Assembly: GCA_944392815.1 (NCBI GenBank)
Contig: CALXXY010000001.1
Location: forward strand, 205,237-269,236
DNA from: an uncultured Alphaproteobacteria bacterium
GTDB lineage: Bacteria > Pseudomonadota > Alphaproteobacteria > Rs-D84
Length of the DNA stretch: 64,000 nucleotides
Direction: 5' to 3'
Below are positions 44,601 to 52,057 of this stretch, piece by piece. Numbering within the stretch: the stretch's first letter is position 1; every line of letters begins with the position of its first letter. Both the position numbers and the translations under genes were made by a program. The notes beneath the pieces are model-generated. The model was not told the DNA's origin. It saw only the letters and a list, made by a program, of their open reading frames with translations, and made no database searches.

Positions 44601-45804
44601 CCAACGTCGGACGTTCGCCCGGACGAATGATGTTATAGATTTCGATTAACGCTTCTTCGCGGTTGACTGTTTTATCGGCAATCAATGTATTGCGCATATG
44701 CGCCGTGATTGTCGTGTTATCAATGGCAATCAGCGAAATTTCGCCAACATTCATTTTTTCCAAATCCGCCATGACGTCCGGTGTGATTTCTGTACCGGCA
44801 CGATATACAACGTTGCCTTCGGCGTCCAAAATTGGATCGAACAGATATTCGCCAATCATAGCGTCTGGCATAATGCCGAATTCTTTGGACGCGTCAACCA
44901 CGCGTTTCAGGCGTTTGGCGTTCATACGGTCGCCCTTGGACGCCAAAGGTTTTTTATCGCGCGGATTAATCAAATCATAATTCAGACGATATTTATCCAA
45001 TCCGTCAAACGCATTTGTTTGACCAATCCACATATTACCGTCAAATTTTAATGGAATCCGTTTGTAAAACACACCCAAAATTTCTGTGTCGTCCATGCCA
45101 CGAATTGTCGGTTTACGTGGATCAGATTGCCATTTCTTTTCATCTTCGGCAGATGGCAGGCAACGCAACAAAACTGTTGCCGGGATTTTACGACGACGGT
45201 CAATACGGACATAGATGACGCCCTTGGATTCTTCGAAATCAATCCAGGAACCATGTTCAGGAATAATACGCGCAGTATATGTTATCGGGTTGCCGGCGAT
45301 TTTGGCCTCTTTGGTGGTGGCGAACACAACACCCTGGGCACGGTGCATTTGCGACACGATAACACGTTCAACACCGGCGGCAATAAAACTGCCGCGGTTG
45401 GTCATTAATGGCACGTCGCCCATGAAAATTTCTTGTTCTTTGATATCGCGTAATGTTTTTTTGCCGTCTTCGGCGATATCCCACAAAATCAATCTCAGCT
45501 TCAATTTCAATTTGCTGGAATATGTCAAATTGCGCAACATGCATTCTTTGACATTATACACCGGTTTATCCAGTGTATATTCAACAAATTCCAAATCGGC
45601 AACGCCCGCATAGTCCCGAATTGGGAACATGGACGCAAAAACATTTTGCAGCCCAATATTTTTTCTGTTCTGCGGTTCTACATCTGCCTGCAGGAAATCT
45701 TTGTATGAATTATATTGAATTTCAACCAGATCGGGAAGCGGAGTTTGCAAAAAACTTTTTCCAAAAGATTTTCTGAATTTCTGGATAACTGCCATTGGTA
45801 TCAA
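41656..45804 (-). CDS. rpoB: RNA polymerase beta subunit
   Basis: 'GDKMAGRHGNKG', 'LSQFMD', 'MGSNMQRQA', 'GGQRLGEMEVWALEA'. Confidence 0.99.
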   Translation of the reverse strand: MIPMAVIQKFRKSFGKSFLQTPLPDLVEIQYNSYKDFLQADVEPQNRKNIGLQNVFASMFPIRDYAGVADLEFVEYTLDKPVYNVKECMLRNLTYSSKLKLKLRLILWDIAEDGKKTLRDIKEQEIFMGDVPLMTNRGSFIAAGVERVIVSQMHRAQGVVFATTKEAKIAGNPITYTARIIPEHGSWIDFEESKGVIYVRIDRRRKIPATVLLRCLPSAEDEKKWQSDPRKPTIRGMDDTEILGVFYKRIPLKFDGNMWIGQTNAFDGLDKYRLNYDLINPRDKKPLASKGDRMNAKRLKRVVDASKEFGIMPDAMIGEYLFDPILDAEGNVVYRAGTEITPDVMADLEKMNVGEISLIAIDNTTITAHMRNTLIADKTVNREEALIEIYNIIRPGERPTLEAAINLFMRQGFDASYYDLSAVGRFKMNKRLKIDSGKKPEDERLLTKSDFLAVLKTLTNIIDHKDTVDDIDNLSNRRVRTVGELLEQNFRTGMVRIERLVRESLSSPNIANMQPQDVINVKPLMSLVNEFLGTSQLSQFMDAYNPLSELEHKRRISALGPGGLNRDRAGIDVRDVHPTHYGRLCPINTPEGANIGLINHLATYARVNPYGFIETPYYVVENSKITDKMVYLTADEELGHKIAQGNTPTTAAGVLAEDMVTARVDGEFTMVPKEEIDLIDVEPRQVVSIATGLIPFVENDDANRALMGSNMQRQAIPLLRVQAPLVGTGIEREVARDSRTGVAAKHSGVVESVDANRIVVKCMNSRNVVTGVDIYNLEKFERSNSETLIHQKPLVKVGDRVSAGDIIADGSSMNYGELALGRNVLVAFVPWRGYNYEDSIVISERISRDDVFTSVKIVEKEFKVKDTQLGPESLTRDIPNVSEEALKNLDESGIIYVGARVKQGDILVGRVSPKSETLLTPEEALLRNIFGEKALNVKDTSLRVGPNEEGTVIGVNVLTRHGVKKDERTQMIELQKIEKINRDREEETNIMERGFADQIFQLAEGLVIDGGTGSLKPFIGKKLTQEVFEGIKPTDVKKLVVRNKEVQAKIEELRDVHVAKLKALNEKADAEVAKATETNSLGAGVLKEVKVYIAHKMKLQPGDKMAGRHGNKGIVSKVVPIEDMPYMEDGTPVDLVLNPLGVPSRMNLGQILETHLGMAARTLGQQIGAVLDEVKQKRAVTDDLRTVMGKVYGKEWSEKLDKMTDTDIRAEAALLRDGVPMATPTFDGATSEDIARMLKMAKLPETGQFTLYDGMTGEKFARPVTVGVMYMLKLHHLVDEKIHARSIGNYSLVTQQPLSGKAHMGGQRLGEMEVWALEAHGAAHLLREMLTVKSDDIVGRTKMYEAIISGSNDFQTGTPEAFNVFVRELRGLGLALTPKKID

Positions 45805-45956
45805 TCCTTTATTTTATGCGTTTTGCAAACGAAACTGTGTTCAGTATATTTATACGCCTTTGTGCCCACCTGGGGATTTTTCCCCAGATGGGCGGCGTGT
45901 GCGCGGCATTTGCCGCGTCTTTTTTTTATTTTGCACCGTAATCGGTGCGGGGTGAA

Positions 45957-46322
45957 TTATTTCAATTCAACCTTGGCACCGGCTGCCTCCAGTGTCGCCT
46001 TCATTTTTTCGGCTTCATCTTTGGCAACAGATTCTTTCACTGTCTTGGGTGCGGATTCGACCAATGCTTTGGCTTCGCCCAGGCCCAGACCTGTGATATC
46101 TTTGACTGCTTTGATAACAGCCAATTTGTTTGCACCAACATCGGACAAAACAACATCGAATTCCGATTTTTCTTCGGCGGCGGCTGCTGCTGGGCCGGCT
46201 GCTACTGCAACGGCGGCGGCGGCACTGACGCCCCATGTTTCTTCCAATGCTTTGGACAGTTCGACTGCTTCCATCACAGTCAGTTTTGACAATTCTTCAA
46301 CTAATTTTTGAATGTCTGCCAT
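45957..46322 (-). CDS. rplL: 50S ribosomal protein L7/L12
   Basis: '[10 protein letters not shown]', '[12 protein letters not shown]', 'AGAKVELK'. Confidence 0.97.
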   Translation of the reverse strand: MADIQKLVEELSKLTVMEAVELSKALEETWGVSAAAAVAVAAGPAAAAAEEKSEFDVVLSDVGANKLAVIKAVKDITGLGLGEAKALVESAPKTVKESVAKDEAEKMKATLEAAGAKVELK

Positions 46323-46366
46323 TTTTTTGCTCCTATATAATCAGAACACGCATGTTCTGGTTTGTT

Positions 46367-46843
46367 TTAATTCTTTTTTCCATACTCTGCGGAAACACGG
46401 GCCAGGCGCGATGCAGGTTCGACCAAAATACGCGCGATTTTGCCACGGATTTCCAACAGGGACGGCAGTTTGGATAATTGCAAAATATCGTCTTTGCTTA
46501 ATACACCCGCGTCCATTTTACCGCCGATGATTGTCAAATTTGGGTGTTCGTCCGCAAATTTGGCCAACACTTTGGTGACCGCCAGGCCGTCAGTCGCAAC
46601 AGCAACCGCAGTCGGACGTTTCATCATGTCTGATACGGGTTCGAAATCGGTGTCTTTTAACGCCAATTTCATCAAACGGTTTTTGACAACTTTGAATACA
46701 GAAACCAACGGACGTAATTCATTACGCAGTGTTTCCAATTCTTTTACTGTCAAACCATGGTTTTCAACAACGAAAACACCGTTTGCTTCTTTCAAGGACG
46801 ATTGCAACGCTGAAATCAAATCTGATTTTTCTTCGCGTCTCAT
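46367..46843 (-). CDS. rplJ: 50S ribosomal protein L10
   Basis: 'GLTVKELETLR', 'KVVKNRLMKLA', 'LSKLPS'; start MRREEK at 46843. Confidence 0.93.
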   Translation of the reverse strand: MRREEKSDLISALQSSLKEANGVFVVENHGLTVKELETLRNELRPLVSVFKVVKNRLMKLALKDTDFEPVSDMMKRPTAVAVATDGLAVTKVLAKFADEHPNLTIIGGKMDAGVLSKDDILQLSKLPSLLEIRGKIARILVEPASRLARVSAEYGKKN

Positions 46844-46849
46844 GTCTTT

Positions 46850-47050
46850 ACCCTTGTCTGCAAGATTTCTGGGGCACGCCCCCGAAATCCCTGTTTTTGT
46901 TAAACTTTCCATCTGGTGCTGGCACCAGGTGGGGCCTTTGTTCCTGCCCCAAAGAATTTTTTCTTTGTCTATGATGGCAATTAAGTCCGATATCGGGCAC
47001 CATCAGTCACGGACAGAAATCTGTACGCGGGCGCGGGAAAAATCCCACGC
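46850..47050 (-). promoter_or_regulatory. Probable L10 leader (autoregulatory RNA)
   Basis: About 200 nt structured rplA-rplJ spacer containing 'TAGAC' and several hairpins; position matches the known L10 leader. Confidence 0.5.
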
Positions 47051-47059
47051 CGCGATTTA

Positions 47060-47734
47060 TTATTTTATATCAACCTTTAATCCAGGGCCCTGGGTTGTGG
47101 CAATGGCCGCACCCAAAATATACTGGCCTTTGACGGACGCAGGTTTAACCTTTTTCAATTGATCGACCAACGCGTTAACGTTTTCAACCAATTTGTCTGT
47201 TGCGAATGACATTTTGCCAACGCCAGCGTGGATAATACCGTTCTTTTCCGCACGATATTCAATCTGACCCGCTTTGGCTGTGGCAACAGCGTCTGCAACA
47301 TTATTTGTGACCGTACCCAATTTCGGGTTGGGCATTAAACCCTTGGGTCCCAAAATACGGGCAACTTTGGACATTTTCGGCATCATATCAGGTGTTGCGA
47401 TAACACGGTCGAAATTGATTTCACCGGCGGCAACACGTTCAATCAAATCGTCGCCACCAACGACATCTGCACCGGCCTTTTTCGCTTCGTCCGCGGCGTT
47501 TACAGTGAACACTGCGACACGAACTGTTTTACCTGTGCCGTTTGGCAAAGACACCATGCCACGGATATTTTGATCCGCTTTGGTGACATCAACACCCAAA
47601 CGAACAGCCAATTCCAATGTTTCGTCGAATTTTTTTGACGCATATTCGCGCAAAGTTTCAATGGCGTCCGCCACAGAATAAACTTTTTCCTGGTCCAATT
47701 TAGCCCAAGTTTGCTGTCTTTTTGTCGTTTTCAT
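47060..47734 (-). CDS. rplA: 50S ribosomal protein L1
   Basis: 'KFDET', 'LPNGTGK', 'ILGPKGLMPNPK'. Confidence 0.97.
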   Translation of the reverse strand: MKTTKRQQTWAKLDQEKVYSVADAIETLREYASKKFDETLELAVRLGVDVTKADQNIRGMVSLPNGTGKTVRVAVFTVNAADEAKKAGADVVGGDDLIERVAAGEINFDRVIATPDMMPKMSKVARILGPKGLMPNPKLGTVTNNVADAVATAKAGQIEYRAEKNGIIHAGVGKMSFATDKLVENVNALVDQLKKVKPASVKGQYILGAAIATTQGPGLKVDIK

Positions 47735-47737
47735 ATC

Positions 47738-48172
47738 TTATTCCTCCACCTTGACGCCCATTGAACGGCATTGACCCGCAACGATATTCATTGCAGATTC
47801 AATGGTAGAGCAATTCAAATCCGGCATTTTATTTTCAGCAATTTCACGAATTTGTGCCTGGGTAATAGTACCGACAAAATCGCGACCCGGTTTGTGCGAA
47901 CCGATTTTCAGTTTCAGTGCCTTTTTAATATAATAAGACACCGGCGGCAGTTTCATAATAAATTCAAAACTGCGGTCCGTGTACACCGTGATAATGCACG
48001 GAATCGGCATACCCGGTTCTTTGTCTGCGGTTTTATCGTTAAACTGTTTGCAGAATTCTGCGATATTAACACCAGCCGCACCCAACGCCGGCCCAATCGG
48101 TGGCGCAGGATTCGCCTGTTTCGCGGGAACGACCAGTTTGACCACTCCCTTGACTTCTTTTTTTGCTGCCAT
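47738..48172 (-). CDS. rplK: 50S ribosomal protein L11
   Basis: 'ANPAPPIGPALG', 'FCKQFN', 'KMPDLN'. Confidence 0.97.
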   Translation of the reverse strand: MAAKKEVKGVVKLVVPAKQANPAPPIGPALGAAGVNIAEFCKQFNDKTADKEPGMPIPCIITVYTDRSFEFIMKLPPVSYYIKKALKLKIGSHKPGRDFVGTITQAQIREIAENKMPDLNCSTIESAMNIVAGQCRSMGVKVEE

Positions 48173-48454
48173 TTTATCACTCCATTGTTTTGGTTAGTGT
48201 CGTGGTACGATGTGGCGCATCTACCACGGGCGGATTTTTATTGGCACATGCCACAAAAATCCAAAAACTTTTATTTGCGTCGCGGACCGTATTCGGCCAC
48301 CAATTTATCAATCCATTGACACCGTTCAGCATTTAATTTGGCAATCAACTGTTTCGTTTCGGATTTTTCACGCCAGTTTTGCAACAAATCCATTAATTCA
48401 TCACGTGATATCACAACCCGAATTTTGCCAGTTAAATCCCTGTACAATGCCAAT

Positions 48455-48988
48455 TTATACCCTCTCGACCTGTTCGAAATCCAATTCGACACTGGTTTCA
48501 CGACCGAACACCAAAATTGTCGCGGTCATTTTTTGTTTTACATTGTCAACTTCGGCCACAACACCATTGAACCCAGAAAACGGCCCGTCGATAACGTGCA
48601 CTTCCTGGCCAACTTCGTATGTGACATCTTCGGTGACGACGCTGCCCTCTTCGACCTGTTTCAACAGGCGACGGGCTTCTTCCTCGCTTACTGCGATTGG
48701 TTTATTTTTCGCGCCCAGGAACATGACAACCTGGGGCATTAATTTCACCAAAGAAAACGTTTCGTTGTTCATAACCATTTGAACAACAATGTATCCCGGA
48801 AAGAATTTCTTTTCAGTTTTGACGCGTTTGCCGGCCTTGACCTCGGTAATTTCGCGGGTCGGAACCAAAATTTCGCCGAAATACGCATTCAAACGACGTT
48901 TATCAATTTGTTCGCGCAAACCACGCGCCACTTTATCCTCGCACCCGGTATGAACGTTCACAACGAACCATTGCATTTTATCTTCCAT
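48455..48988 (-). CDS. nusG: Transcription elongation factor NusG
   Basis: 'WFVV', 'FFPGY', KOW 'DGPFSGFNG', 'VFGRETSVEL'. Confidence 0.96.
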   Translation of the reverse strand: MEDKMQWFVVNVHTGCEDKVARGLREQIDKRRLNAYFGEILVPTREITEVKAGKRVKTEKKFFPGYIVVQMVMNNETFSLVKLMPQVVMFLGAKNKPIAVSEEEARRLLKQVEEGSVVTEDVTYEVGQEVHVIDGPFSGFNGVVAEVDNVKQKMTATILVFGRETSVELDFEQVERV

Positions 48989-49009
48989 AATATAAATCCC
49001 CCTGTCCGT

Positions 49010-49189
49010 TTAGAAAATCCAACCAACCAGCGCGTTCAAAATACTGTCAACCACGAAAAAGAACAACGCCGCCAATCCTGAAAACACCAGAATCATAATT
49101 GTGGCACGAATAACAGTGTCGCGCGATGGCCATACTATTTTAAACCATTCGCTGCGAACAGATTTGATATAATCCAGTATTTTCTTCAT
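49010..49189 (-). CDS. secE: Preprotein translocase SecE
   Basis: 'VRSEWFKIVWPSR' + one TM helix; upstream of nusG; ATG at 49189. Confidence 0.9.
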   Translation of the reverse strand: MKKILDYIKSVRSEWFKIVWPSRDTVIRATIMILVFSGLAALFFFVVDSILNALVGWIF

Positions 49190-49286
49190 ATAAATAATCC
49201 CAAATATCTCGCGGTTGCCCGCCTTCGCGAAACGCTTCGGTGGGCACTGAAATTTCCTAATTGGCGTTGCCAATAATGAAATTTCG

Positions 49287-49304
49287 TGGCAGGGGCAGAA
49301 GGAA
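49287..49304 (-). repeat. 18-bp duplicate of the tRNA-Trp 3' end
   Basis: TGGCAGGGGCAGAAGGAA is identical to 49468-49485. Confidence 0.85.
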
Positions 49305-49467
49305 AGTTCGGCGTTGCCTCACCACTCGTACGGATTTCGCTGCGCTGGGCTTGCAAAATCCAACTCGTATGCGAACCCACCATTTTATGTATTCGGGTTC
49401 GCTTCCTTTACCCGCACCATGACTTAAAATTCCCCAAAATATGGCAAGCATATTTTGGTGAATTTTG

Positions 49468-49541
49468 TGGCAGGGGCAGAAGGAATCGAACCCTCATCCG
49501 CGGTTTTGGAGACCGATATTCTACCGTTGAACTATGCCCCT
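49468..49541 (-). tRNA. tRNA-Trp(CCA)
   Basis: AGGGGCA...CGGTCTCCAAAACCG...GGTTCGATTCC..TGCCCCTGCCA; canonical position upstream of secE. Confidence 0.93.
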
Positions 49542-49800
49542 GTGGCCTGTAAACTACCTGTTTCCTGTGCCGCACCACCCCGCAGTCCGGGTAAAGATAG
49601 CACAAAGATACAGAAAATCAAGCGGAAATTATTATACGTTTTTAAATTTCCCACTGCAAGCAAAAAGTTAATTGGCATTCGCACCCCGCCCCACCCCAGC
49701 GACAACAAACTGCATATAACGGCGCACACGATTAACTTTTTACTTGCGTATGTGTCTGATTTTTTTCTACAATCTGGTTAATAAGAAGGAGAGGAACACT

Positions 49801-50478
49801 TTGCAAACACGCGTAGAACCGCCGATTTTGCTGTCCAGATTGATGTTATTTGTGTTCGCCGCAATGGTTGTTGTGCTGGGCGTGCTGGTGGTGACGCTGT
49901 ACAATATGTATCCATTAAATCGGCCCCAGGTGTTCTTTTTAATGACTGCGCCGAAAAACGATGTGGAAATTGTATTGGCCGAAATGGTGCCAAATGCCGA
50001 TAACAATCTGGATAATTTCAAACGTTCGTTTATTCGCGAATATATTCGGGCGCGCAACGAAATCGTTCCAAACGCCCGCGAAATGCGTGCCAAATGGAAC
50101 AACGATATTGATGGCGTTGTGTATGCGTGGTCTACGCCCGCGGTGTACAGCGATTTTACCAAAACAAACATGTGGAACGCGTGGATGAGTGGCGTGCCCG
50201 ATTTCGAATTTTCGTGTTCTGTGGAATTTGAAAATGGCGCAATTGAACCGCGCGATCGTGCCGGCACTGAATATTCTGTTAATTTCAGGTATTTTTGTTC
50301 AGATAGTAATAGACAGATGGATAAAAAAGATTATAAAATAAGAGTGAAATTGGATATGGCGGACGGGACAACCATGAAATGGTCTGACCGGCTGAATAAT
50401 CCATTGGGCGTGCGCGTGTCGGAATACGTAATTGAATCTGGCAATGGCGATCCGCTGGATACGGGATATTTGTTATAA
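49801..50478 (+). CDS. virB8: VirB8-like type IV secretion protein
   Basis: N-terminal TM + 'YPL', 'FIREYIRARNE', 'VYAWSTPAVYSDF', 'NPLGVRVSEY'; TTG start after AGGAGAGG. Confidence 0.8.
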   Translation: MQTRVEPPILLSRLMLFVFAAMVVVLGVLVVTLYNMYPLNRPQVFFLMTAPKNDVEIVLAEMVPNADNNLDNFKRSFIREYIRARNEIVPNAREMRAKWNNDIDGVVYAWSTPAVYSDFTKTNMWNAWMSGVPDFEFSCSVEFENGAIEPRDRAGTEYSVNFRYFCSDSNRQMDKKDYKIRVKLDMADGTTMKWSDRLNNPLGVRVSEYVIESGNGDPLDTGYLL

Positions 50479-50503
50479 CAGAAACGGAAGGGAAAAAACA
50501 GTC

Positions 50504-52036
50504 ATGACTTTTGCAAAGGTATTGAAATTAAATGTGTCCGTATTATGCCTGGCGTTGCTGTGTGGGAACGCAATGGCCACTGTGTACGGCGTGCAAAGTG
50601 CGTGGGATAATCCAACCGCAAACATGGCCGACGGCAGTTTGAAACCAGGATACGCACAATTAACCTGGTCCAAGGGCAGCGTTTTACCCGTAAAACTGCG
50701 CAATGGTATGACGACGTTAATTACCCTGCCGAACGGTGAAAAAATTTCCGATGCAGTTGTCGGAAACAGCGGGCTGTTTACAATTGACGCGACCCAGGGC
50801 GGCAGCACTATGTTCATAACACCCGCGGCGTCCAACCAGGGTTCGGATACAAATTTAATCGTGACCGGGGAATCTGGGAACGTGTACACGTTTTATCTGC
50901 GCAGTGAACCATCGAATTCCAGCGAAATCACATATTCCCAGGTTGACGTGACGTTGGACGGAAATTCGCTGTTGCCGAATGCTGCGGGCGCGACCAATGC
51001 CACCGCGGGGGCATCGTCTATATTTAAAAAGGTATCGAATGCCAGCAGCACAGTTGGCGTCGATGGCGAAGATTACGGTTGGATTAAATCCATGAAAATA
51101 GATCCGTCTGAATTCCGTTTCGATTTGGACATATTCGTCCCGAATCCAGACGATTACGTAATTGCGCCTGAACGCGTGTGGCGCGACCAGATATTTACAT
51201 ACATTGATTTCGGGGACAAGGTTATTTCCATGACCCAACGCCCGGTTGTTTCGTTATTAATCGAGGGCGGTGAATCCCCCGTCGGTTTCCGCACAGATGG
51301 CGAAGATGGACGTTTGTTAATAGTAGAGGCCGTTGGCGATATGGTTCTGCGCAGTGGGCAACGCATTGTTTGCATTAAAAAGCGCGAAAAACCGTTCCTG
51401 ATTGCGGATACGGCGTCTGTTATGGCTTTGGCCGAGGCCAACGTTGCACAATCCATTATGTCTGGGCAATCATTGAACAACATTGCGTATACTGCGGACG
51501 TGAACGCAATCAATGCGTCCGCGAACGGTTATACAACGACGCCGATGATGGTTGGCAATATGCAAATGGGTACAACGGCTGGATATTATGCACCGGCGGG
51601 CGTTGCGATGCCGACAACAATGTACGGCACAACCACGGGCGGCGGCACATCGGGTCTGAATATGATTCCGACAGAACGCCTGACCGCGGGGTCATTCCTG
51701 CCGCAGACAAATATTCCGCTGATTACCAGCAATCAATCCGGCGTGGCGGTTGAATTAAAATCAGACACATCGGTCAAGGCATTGGACGATTACTGGGCAA
51801 ATTTATTGGCGAAATTCAGTGGCGATGATGGTCAGGGTATTTTAACCCCGTACAAGGATATGGTATTCTTTGCCGTGGACGAACAGGGTGTTGGTGATTT
51901 GGGTTCTGATTCATCGGCGGCACGTCTGTATCGCCTGCGTATCGGGCCATTGGCTGATGTCATCACAGCCCAGGAATTATGCAATAAATTATTGGAATTC
52001 AGCGGCACCAGTTGCAGTGTTGTCAGGATCCAATAA
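50504..52036 (+). CDS. virB9: VirB9/TrbG-like protein with C-terminal SPOR-like domain
   Basis: 'TTLITLPNGEKI..AVVG', 'TNLIVT...VYTFYL', 'IAPERVWRD..FTYIDF'; C-terminal 'YRLRIGPLADVITAQELCNKL....SCSVV'. Confidence 0.8.
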   Translation: MTFAKVLKLNVSVLCLALLCGNAMATVYGVQSAWDNPTANMADGSLKPGYAQLTWSKGSVLPVKLRNGMTTLITLPNGEKISDAVVGNSGLFTIDATQGGSTMFITPAASNQGSDTNLIVTGESGNVYTFYLRSEPSNSSEITYSQVDVTLDGNSLLPNAAGATNATAGASSIFKKVSNASSTVGVDGEDYGWIKSMKIDPSEFRFDLDIFVPNPDDYVIAPERVWRDQIFTYIDFGDKVISMTQRPVVSLLIEGGESPVGFRTDGEDGRLLIVEAVGDMVLRSGQRIVCIKKREKPFLIADTASVMALAEANVAQSIMSGQSLNNIAYTADVNAINASANGYTTTPMMVGNMQMGTTAGYYAPAGVAMPTTMYGTTTGGGTSGLNMIPTERLTAGSFLPQTNIPLITSNQSGVAVELKSDTSVKALDDYWANLLAKFSGDDGQGILTPYKDMVFFAVDEQGVGDLGSDSSAARLYRLRIGPLADVITAQELCNKLLEFSGTSCSVVRIQ

Positions 52037-52057
52037 AAAACACGATTGCGGACAAAT

